The notes under the pieces: model-generated
What the model saw: the letters and a program-made list of their open reading frames with translations, nothing else
Databases searched by the model: none
Told to the model about the DNA's origin: nothing
In this document: positions 1 through 8,412 of the stretch, piece by piece
Position numbering within the stretch: position 1 is the stretch's first letter
Layout of the letters: every line of letters begins with the position of its first letter
Made by a program: the position numbers and the translations under genes
Source of the DNA: Zygophlyctis sp. KS116
Taxonomy: Eukaryota > Fungi > Chytridiomycota
DNA: 29,085 bases
NCBI GenBank assembly: GCA_054661495.1
Contig: BAAFSQ010000119.1
Location: 1 to 29,085, forward strand
Direction of reading: 5' to 3'

Positions 1-127
1 CTCGGAAATGAATAGTATATCTCATAAAATTTGAATAGTCGAATAGGCACTGCAATATATTATCACTTTGAGTCTGAGAATCCCAATTTAAATACTGCAA
101 ACATTTCAGCTGTCCTATAATTATTTG

Positions 128-451
128 TTAACCTCCATGAAGAGTTGAGATGAATGCAATCCGATCATTTTCCAAGACTTTATATTCTCCCATCCCCAAT
201 ATTTCCCAATCAGCATCATTAACTAGTACAAGAATACCAGGCCGTCTAGTGTTAGAAATTAAAAATACATTGTATCATTCTTTACAAACAATTCCTTTTT
301 TGAGCATTGAGCGGATAGTTGTAAAATGAGATCACCGAGTAAGCAAGATTCAGATTCAAATTGTATTGTTTTCCGATCATTAAATATAGCCTCGACTCCT
401 CCACTGGAATTATTTATATTTAAATTACCCAAATTCTATAGTCACAATCAT
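128..451 (-). CDS. URM1: Ubiquitin-related modifier Urm1 (3 exons; absent from the ORF track)
   Basis: Minus strand, after removing two GT-AG introns (26 and 23 nt), reads [15 protein letters not shown]...[26 protein letters not shown]...[10 protein letters not shown]. RPGILVLxNDADWE and C-terminal STLHGG are Urm1 hallmarks. Confidence 0.95.
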
Positions 452-465
452 TAAATTTAAATCCG

Positions 466-1390
466 ATGATTCTAAATTTACTGTTTTTGCTTACAATTCA
501 TGCATTGACCATTGTGAATAAAACCGAATTATTTGCAATGCAAGTAATAGTTTTAATAGATAATTTGTCTAGAGACTGATACCATTTATTAATGCGCCTT
601 ACTGTACTGATGGCCTATTGTCGTGGAATTGTGTACCATGTCTGAAATTTAAAGGCGTTACAAATATAACATTTTTAGGAGAGGAAGATGATGTTTTTGG
701 TTATTCGGCAGTCCATTTCAAGTCCAAAATGTTGGTCTTTGGGTTTCGTGGGACTCGAAATCTAAATAATTGGCTTAATAATCTCAAGATTGCAAAGCCG
801 AATGCTCCTTTTCCTAATGCTCCAGAGAATGCAAAGATACATTATGGATTCTTATCAGATTATGAAAAAGTAAAAGATCAGTTTTTAGAAATCTTTAAAA
901 AATATGTTTCAAATTATCCAGAATTTCAAGTCAAAATTATCGGACATTCTTTAGGAGGTGCATTGGCATTATTGGCAAGTGTAGATCTTGCTACTCAAAA
1001 TATTTTAGTATTTAAATTTCAAATTAATGATAGCCTCTGCATAAAACCCTCTTATTTACAATCGGAATGCCAAGAGTGGGTAATCAAGATTGGGCAAAAT
1101 GGATAGACTCTGTAATTCCTCCAAATCAATTTTTACGGATTGTGAATCAAAATGATTTGACACCGCATTTACCACCTAAATTTTCTGGATTTCAACATTC
1201 TGGGTTGGAAATTTGGATCAGAAATTCTACACATACATTTTATTGTCCTAGCTCAATACAAGAAAATAGTGAATGTAGTAATACAATTTCCTTTGGTTGG
1301 AATATTGCAAAACATGGGAAAGCTTGGGGCTTTGTAATCGGACATAAATCATGCTACTCTTCAAAGATTTTGACTGTTCAAAAATATTAA
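466..1390 (+). CDS. Secreted class-3 (fungal triacylglycerol) lipase, 3 exons
   Basis: Hydrophobic N-terminus MILNLLFLLTIHA, then intron 544-572. Motifs FRGT, KIHYGF, nucleophile elbow GHSLGGALA, GMPRVGN (after a 26-nt intron near 1008), RIVNQNDLTPHLPP and FQHSGLEIWI. Confidence 0.92.
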
Positions 1391-3158
1391 ATATCGATAT
1401 TATTAAGAGCTAATAACTCGTCATCTTTTTCAATTGAAGGCTCTGCCGGGTTTTGATGAGGTGTTTCATTATAAGCATCAAGAGTATCATCTTTTTCTTC
1501 TGTTTTCTTTGAATATTTTATAATCTTGATTTGATTCTTGTCTTCCATTAAAGTATCCCTGTTTGATTTTGGTTTATGGGAGTCTTTCTTATTTTCATTT
1601 GAATTCAGGTCTTTTCTGTTAAAAATAAACACTCGAACAACATGATAAGATAAAAAAGGCCATGATATCTTTCCTGGTAATGATACTGGCCGTCTGAAAA
1701 GTATTCTTTTTTTCCATTTGATAGAGATTCCTTTATTTGGAAAGTAAGGTATATCTGTGGATCTACCCGAATCATCTACAGAGTGATACTGAACTACATA
1801 TTTTTTGGATAAATATTGTCTATACGTCTTTAAACAAAATAGTACACCAGGATCTAGTAAAAATATAAATGCATCAAAAAATCCCTGAATTTTTAAGAAA
1901 AATCGGTACCTTGAGCGCAAGAATAACAACATTAAAGTATACAAATGTCAAATTATCTACGAAGCCGAGATTGGAAGATAATAAAGCATACGGGAAATCG
2001 CAAATTATAGGCACAAATAGATAAAGACTTGTTCTAATGGCAGATTTCTGAAGCATTTGCTTTTCTTTCGAAAATTCGAATTGAGGCATATTTTCAGCAT
2101 CATCTCTTCTAATAGAATCTTCTTTAGAAATTTTAACTTCATATTTGGCTCGAAGTCTAACTTGATTGAACAAGTTACTGTAAAAGATGACGATGCATGT
2201 CATGCAAATAATAACCGAAACGTAAATCCATGAAGTGAAAAGTCCCCTATAGATAAGTAAATCAATTATACCAGATTTTTGACATTATATCGTCAGAATT
2301 TTTCACCCTTAAAGCGGCATTATTAAGTTTATTATGATCAAATTTGAAAGTACAATTACCATCTACGTATCCGAATAATCCTATTTTTTCAGTTTAATAA
2401 TATACCAAGACTTAGTTGAATTACTAGCAAAAGAATGGAAACGAATATTGGAAAAATGAAGTATATAGTAAATGTTCGAATGGTATTTTTGGCTTCAAAT
2501 ACAGTGATACGAACCAGATTCACACCTATTGAAATTGTATAAAATAACTGAGGTTAGACGATATTTTAGTTACAGAGCATAAGAGTGGCCAAACTTGAAA
2601 TGCAGCAATAGCTGTACATTTCCAATCATCCTATAATTATTTATTGTTAAGCATACCTGAGTGACCCTTATTAATTGAGAAATGCAATAAAGCAAATCCA
2701 TAAAAATCATTGAAATTGCAAGTCTTATTGAGCATTTCTTTGCCCTATCAATTAGAATTATTTTATATCTACAGAATCGGCTGATAAACAAACATCAAAA
2801 TATAAATCATCATTATGATTAACATAAAAGCAATAGAGATACTTGCCGTAGTAGTTCCAAGCATGAATGGGTAATCAGAGTTTTCGTACTTTAATGCAGA
2901 ATATACCTTTGATTCTCTATTAATTTTTATTAATTCGTGTGTTAAATTATATCCGTAATTGTTTGGAACATCCCTTACAATATTAATTGAATCATTTCCT
3001 TTGATTAAATTTGAGCAATTGTTCGTATCTGGTTGTATTCCATTAGGATAGCAATAGTGATGAGTGCAAGCGTATGTTTGATTTATTTCACGATCAAAAT
3101 GAAAACTACAACAGTCTGCATGATCACTGCAAATAGTGGTACTGGTGTGATTACCCAT
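1387..3158 (-). CDS. 7TM receptor A, cAMP-receptor/Git3-like GPCR with Cys-rich N-terminal module (7 exons)
   Basis: Spliced through six 25-28 nt GT-AG introns: MGNHTS..six-Cys module..TM1 (SISIAFMLIIMMIYILMFVY), RLAISMIFMDLLY, DWKCT (ECL1 Cys), FYTISIGVNL, FGYVDGNCTF (ECL2 Cys), TM5 WIYVSVIICM, RTSLYLFVPIICDFP, TM7 LKGFFDAFIFLLDP. This pattern is typical of cAR1/Git3-like receptors. Confidence 0.82.
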
Positions 3159-3285
3159 CTTAGAGACTCTAACTGTCCGAACGCGAAACGCACGCGAAAC
3201 GCACGCGAAACGCACGCGAAACGCACGCGAAACGCACGCGAAACGCACGCGACTTCGCGAACTCGACGCGCTTTCAAAACTGATA
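3159..3285. promoter_or_regulatory. 127-bp bidirectional promoter shared by the two receptor genes, containing clustered CGCGAAA (SCB/E2F-like) elements
   Basis: It is the only sequence between the divergent ATGs at 3158 (-) and 3286 (+). It contains 6 CGCGAAA, a TTCGCGAA palindrome (3254-3261) and a further ACGCG (3266-3270). Confidence 0.6.
3181..3252. repeat. Perfect 11-bp tandem repeat (ACGCGAAACGC)x6 plus partial ACGCGA
   Basis: Units start at 3181, 3192, 3203, 3214, 3225, 3236, with a partial unit at 3247. No mismatches between units. Confidence 0.98.
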
Positions 3286-5282
3286 ATGGGTCAAATCTGT
3301 AGCAGTTATCCAGACTGCTGTGGTGGGAATAATTACTACCTGGATCAGTATGTAAATCAGACTTATGCTTGTACTCATCATTATTGTTATCCCAATGCGA
3401 CTCAACCATTAAATCATAATTGTTCTACGAATTTAACTGGAATAATATTCGATGCTCCTATTAACAATGATATGGAAAAAATCAGATTGTGGCACGAACA
3501 AGAAATGAGACGTATTGCAGAAGAAAAACGCCTTTATGTTGAGATTCCACTGATGCTTAGTCAGATCACTGGAATTCTTTCAATATTTTGCAGTACAATT
3601 GTTTGCTGTATCTTCATTGGAATTCTTATATATCAACCAATGATGTAAGTATTTTCAAAATTTATACGATCCAGTGCTCGAAGATGTTCTCTTAGATTAA
3701 GTGTTGCTGTTTCGATCATGGATATGATATTCTCATACAATCAAGCAATACCAGCAAATTACGTATATTATGATTAATTTATAACTAGTATAATGATTGG
3801 AGATGCACAGCCCAAGCAGCCTCTCAAATTTGGGCGGAATTATTATCTGTAAGTCACTTATCAACAATAAACCAATCAGTTATTCTTTACAAGTTCTATT
3901 GCGCTCAATTTACTTTTGGTTTTTGTTTTTGAATTAAACAATACCAAGAATATTGAACCATATTACTATGCAGTTCCTTTGATACTGGCTTCTGTACTGG
4001 TAGCTGTTCCATTAGCCAAAGGTGAATTAATATTCTAATAATATTTAGATCAGCTAGGATTTGATAGAGAAAATTGCTTTTTTAGAGAACCTACCATAGA
4101 TTATAATAATAAAGAAAAATATGATCAATCAGTTAATCAAAACACTTGGTAAGGATCAATTTTTGATGTAAACAGGTTATTTTATACAGGATGGATGTGT
4201 GCAAGTATCTTGTGGTGTGCTTTAGTTACATTCTTATTTTGGTCGACCATCACCCGAAAAAACATGAAGAAACAAAAGGCAACAAGTAAACTTGGCACTT
4301 CGTCTCAAGGGGAACAGTCTACAACTGGAACGCAATCAACATTTAAAAATACTGCTACTGCAAATAGTGTTACTGAAAATAGTGTTACTGCTGATAAAAA
4401 TGCTAAAAATGGGACCACCACTGGAACTGCTTCTAGTAGTGGAAACAAAAAGTCTGGACATTCCTCTGGATCCGGTTCTGGAACTAACAAAATCGAGAAA
4501 AAGAGTCAGGAAATGATCCAAAAGGCAGTCATGAGAATTGCATTTTATCCAGTTGTACCACTTGTGACTGCACTCCCACTGGCTCTTGCACTTACAGTCC
4601 CTAGTATTTCAAGGGTGTGGCAATTTGGTTGGTTCTCGTCAATCATGTCGAATCTTCAAGTATTTATATTCTATTGATTAGTTAGGGATTTGGGAATGCA
4701 TGTATTTTCTACTATGATCCTGCCGTATCTCTTGCTCGGGAGACATTTCGAAAGTTTTTAACAGAGAAATATGTTCTCAAGCATCATCCTATTCAGGATG
4801 ATGGACAGCGTTCAAAGGTCTTTGTAGGAACTGGGAAGCCTACTTTCATGTATGTATTTGCAAGATTCTTTAGTGCACGAAAAAAAGATTTTATTGTCGA
4901 AGGCTCAAAGAAGAGAGCAATAACAAAAGGATCCACTGCTTCAAATAGCACTGCTCAAAAGCCTAAAAAAGCTTCTGCTGCACTGGACGATATGGACGAT
5001 CTTGATTCCCCTTCTAAAAATTCATACTATCAAAGTGTTTCTACCTCTGGGTATAAACCCGAGATGTATAGTGGTGCTACTGAATCTATGATGACAGCAT
5101 CAATCGCCCAAACCGACAATTTCGATCCTGCCCAGTCGAATGTTTATCAAATCGAGACTGGGCTAAAAACAGAAGAAAATGCCCAAGAAGAAGAAAATGC
5201 CCGAGAAGAAGAAAATCTCATGGATGAAGATGAAGATGATATTGAAGAGGCAGAGATTTTGAAAGAAATGCAGCAATTCTAA
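3286..5282 (+). CDS. 7TM receptor B, cAMP-receptor/Git3-like GPCR with Cys-rich N-terminal module (7 exons); paralog of receptor A
   Basis: Six GT-AG introns (26-31 nt) at the same positions as in receptor A. Motifs RLSVAVSIMDMIF, DWRCT, FFTSSIALNL, LGFDRENCFF, TM5 WMCASILWC, RIAFYPVVPLVTALP, TM7 LQGFGNACIFYYDP. It has a long S/T/G-rich third intracellular loop and an acidic C-tail. Confidence 0.85.
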
Positions 5283-5399
5283 ATAAATATTTAATATTTG
5301 AATAATAATTTAATCGGACCATTTACCTTTAATCGAATTTAGAAAAACGAAATTTTGCAAATGAAAATTTTCGTCGTTTGATCGCTCAAGCAATTCTAC

Positions 5400-6401
5400 A
5401 TGATCGTATTGATCTTGCTGATATTCAATGCATTTATCAATGTAAATGCAAGGTTAGATGCTAATTTTATTTCACTTCTCCGTTCAAAAGTGACGGAAAC
5501 ATCTAATCTCTTATTCTCCCAATACCCAAACGAGAACTTTATTGTTTTAGATGATGCATTAAATGATTTTGAGTCTAAATCTTTAAAAATACTTGAAAAG
5601 TATGAAAATTCAGGTTTATCTAGAAACCAGCTTGATAGACTGTCAACAAAACTTGAAAATGAATGGAAGTCTAGTGTTCAGTGCACTCTAGATCAGTCAT
5701 GTAATAGACGCTTAGGATACAGTGTAGGGGATGGTCACCCTGCAGGTTCTCAGTTTAAGGCCAAGGAGGAGGTCAACTCTGATCAAAGACTTAAAGAGCT
5801 GAAAGAGTTGAAAGAATTACATCAGAAATATTCATCTATAATCACAAAAAAATCACAAAATTCTGATTCTGTTGTAGAATTATTTAAAATTCTTAGACAA
5901 AAATTAAGTCAACCAATATCAAGACTTTATCATTTTCAGCTGATTATATTCTATGCAATTTTTGGCCCACTCTTCAATTTTGTATCTCAAAACACAATCA
6001 AGATTAGAAATTCAATGATTGAAGCCGCATCTAATGATGCCAGTAAATTTATAACACTAACTCTACATAAAGTTATAAATCAAATTCATACTATAGATGT
6101 AGAGAAAGCCTCTCAAATCCTCACGAGTAAATCTATTCAAGATCCATTAACAACGATCTCTAGTAATTACTTTTCTGAAACTCTCTTGAAATCTGCAAAG
6201 TCTCATGAATTTGAAGAATTGATCAATACTCTAGAAATTGAAAAAGTTTCTCAAAGGATCACTTCTGGAGCTATACAAGAAACTACAAAGAATTTTCCCA
6301 GTAAAAAATCTTTTTTAATTGGATCTATTATATTTGTGGCTGTTCCAATCATAATTTCTCTTGTGTCTAGACTGTGTAATATATCTAAAAAGAATGAATA
6401 A
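5400..6401 (+). CDS. Hypothetical secreted or membrane-anchored protein, intronless
   Basis: 333-aa ORF with signal-peptide-like MIVLILLIFNAFINVNA, an internal hydrophobic stretch (FQLIIFYAIFGPLF) and a C-terminal TM (FLIGSIIFVAVPIIISLV). No family recognised. Confidence 0.75.
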   Translation: MIVLILLIFNAFINVNARLDANFISLLRSKVTETSNLLFSQYPNENFIVLDDALNDFESKSLKILEKYENSGLSRNQLDRLSTKLENEWKSSVQCTLDQSCNRRLGYSVGDGHPAGSQFKAKEEVNSDQRLKELKELKELHQKYSSIITKKSQNSDSVVELFKILRQKLSQPISRLYHFQLIIFYAIFGPLFNFVSQNTIKIRNSMIEAASNDASKFITLTLHKVINQIHTIDVEKASQILTSKSIQDPLTTISSNYFSETLLKSAKSHEFEELINTLEIEKVSQRITSGAIQETTKNFPSKKSFLIGSIIFVAVPIIISLVSRLCNISKKNE

Positions 6402-6670
6402 TTGTGATTTTAAAAAAAAAATAGATTATACGTATGTACTATTTAGTAAATCCCCGAGTCAGGATCATAATGGGCGCAACCGACGTTGTTAAAAAGAGTG
6501 TTGAGGGCCAAATGTGGCGTGCATAGCGTTCATGGCTGGGATGAATGGGGAGGAATGAATATTTGTCAGGCCTCGGATAGAGTTTGTCAGGGCCTCGGGG
6601 AGAGAGTGCGGCTCATGGAAAACGGGGGAAAACGAGGAGGAAAATGTTGAAAATTCTACTTTCAAAAAAA

Positions 6671-8399
6671 ATGTTAAAACTCTTGGTTTTAATTTCATTC
6701 TTCATTTTCTTACAAGCTAGTCCGATTCCATTGGATTCGGACAATCTTGATGCATCGGACACATCCATCAAATATATCTTCTCTGATGCATTCAGATCAA
6801 TGGTCTCAGTTTTTAGAACAAATGAAGATAATTCATTTTACTCAGCATTACAAGATTTTATAGATTTAGAGCCGCATGAACTAAAGACTCTGCTAAAATC
6901 TCAAGGAAAAATTGATTTTCTAATGGGAAAAAATAGGTTTTCAATCAATCAATTTACATCAAAAATGCAAAATTCAGTTCTATTCACTGGAACTGACAGG
7001 TTCTCAAAACCGATTTTCATAAAAATCTTTTCACAAAATTCTCAAGAACATTATTATCAAGAACTCAAAGTTTTACATTCTAGTAAATCAGACATTTTGA
7101 TTGATGCTTCACACTCTCAAAGAGCCCGTGGAATATTCGAGTCTCTAAAGTTTTTAAGAAAGGAAAAGGAAGCTGAACCGTATATTTTGATCCTAAAATA
7201 TACACAAGGAACGCCATTCTCTGATGTGATTCATGATTTTAATGTTGGGAGATACTTGGAAGATCATCCTTTTGATAAAAGTTACATTGAGAGTATATGG
7301 CCAGATTTTAAAAAAGTTTCAGTGGAGGATTTTAGAGCTCTTTATTCTATCTATTTGAAGGATAAATTTAGAGTAAAATTAGGAGATGAGTATTATATTC
7401 ATCCAGAGTTAGATCCTGAAAAAGTGATTTTAACTCCAAATAATGATATGGTGGTGATTGATTATGGTGATCTAAAAATCATACCCAGAGGATATAGAGA
7501 AAGAAAGTTGTTAGAGGCAAATGCACAAGAGAAATTGATTGATCTATTTGAAAAGTTTTCAAAGACTACAAGATCTGAAATTAATATTGAAATTTTAAAT
7601 CTCAAGATTCCGGATGAAATTCTATTCAATCCGAATTTTGATAGTACTGTGTCACAAATTGATACTGGATCACATTTGGATGAAGAAACGATAAATTCCT
7701 ATGATCCTTCAGTGAAATCAATCAAGGAAGGAAAACACAGTACACCAGATGGGGATTTCTCTGCGGCTGATCATTGTAATTTATTTCTTTCTAAAATTAC
7801 TAGTTGAATCAGTACATGAGAAGAAAAAATCTAGATGGAGGATTGATAGGTCTTTAAGTGAATCCAAAGAGTATAGTACGGATTTGGCGACTCTAAATGA
7901 AGAAACAAGTTCTCAAAACCCAAATGATTCTCATTCAGCAGATGATTCTAGGACTATTCTCGCAGGGTCAAAGAAGCCGAATATGATTAGTGAAAATGAT
8001 TTTGCGGCTTATTTTGAACCACTGATATCTAATTCGAATTATAAGCTACCTAAAGTATTAGATGATGATTCTTTTTTGATACTTGAAGGTGATGATGATT
8101 TTGAAGTAGAGGATTTGCCGTTTTTTGGTGGAATTTTTAAAGACAAATCTTTTGGTTCAGAGCTTACAGAATCGTTTCATTCAACTTCAAGTACCCTAGA
8201 CGAACCCTGGAAAGGAAGCTTCACTGAAGAGGAGTTTACTCCACCAAAAAGACATTCTTTCTCAACAGCTGATCAACCCAGATCCGAGTCTGCAATTTCA
8301 CAAAACATGAAACGAGTGAAGTCTTTCATAAACAATCGCCCCGTTTCTCCCATTCCTCAAAATGCATTAAAATTAGATTTGATTAGAACAATCGCCTAA
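6671..8399 (+). CDS. Signal-peptide-bearing protein with a degenerate protein-kinase-like domain and disordered C-tail (2 exons)
   Basis: MLKLLVLISFFIFLQASP signal peptide (alternative in-frame ATG at 6644). Kinase-like landmarks in order: IFIKIF, YYQELKVL, YILILKYTQG, YIHPELDPEKVIL, VVIDYG. A 28-nt intron at 7776-7803 joins the two ORFs in frame. Confidence 0.7.
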
Positions 8400-8412
8400 T
8401 AACAACATGTAT

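Noticed and set aside
1-104. Possible 5' end of another minus-strand gene (ATG at 104, putative 22-nt intron, open frame running off the window)
   Set aside because: Too short and no recognisable motif; cannot be supported.
3181-3252. CRISPR array or interstitial telomere interpretation of the repeat
   Set aside because: No spacers and a eukaryotic context; the unit has no G-rich strand resembling known telomere repeats.
3033-3409. ORFs translating the 11-bp repeat (RFACVSRAFRV..., AKRTRNARETH...)
   Set aside because: By-products of a stop-free repeat; the true starts are at 3158 and 3286, as shown by paralog alignment.
5172-5216. 18-bp coding tandem repeat (EENAQE/EENARE)
   Set aside because: Ordinary slippage in the disordered acidic tail of receptor B.
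6445-6620. RNase MRP/P RNA candidate (AAATCCCC ... GGCTCAT resemblance)
   Set aside because: The P4 halves do not pair properly and other conserved regions are not recognisable; kept only as a generic GC-rich island.
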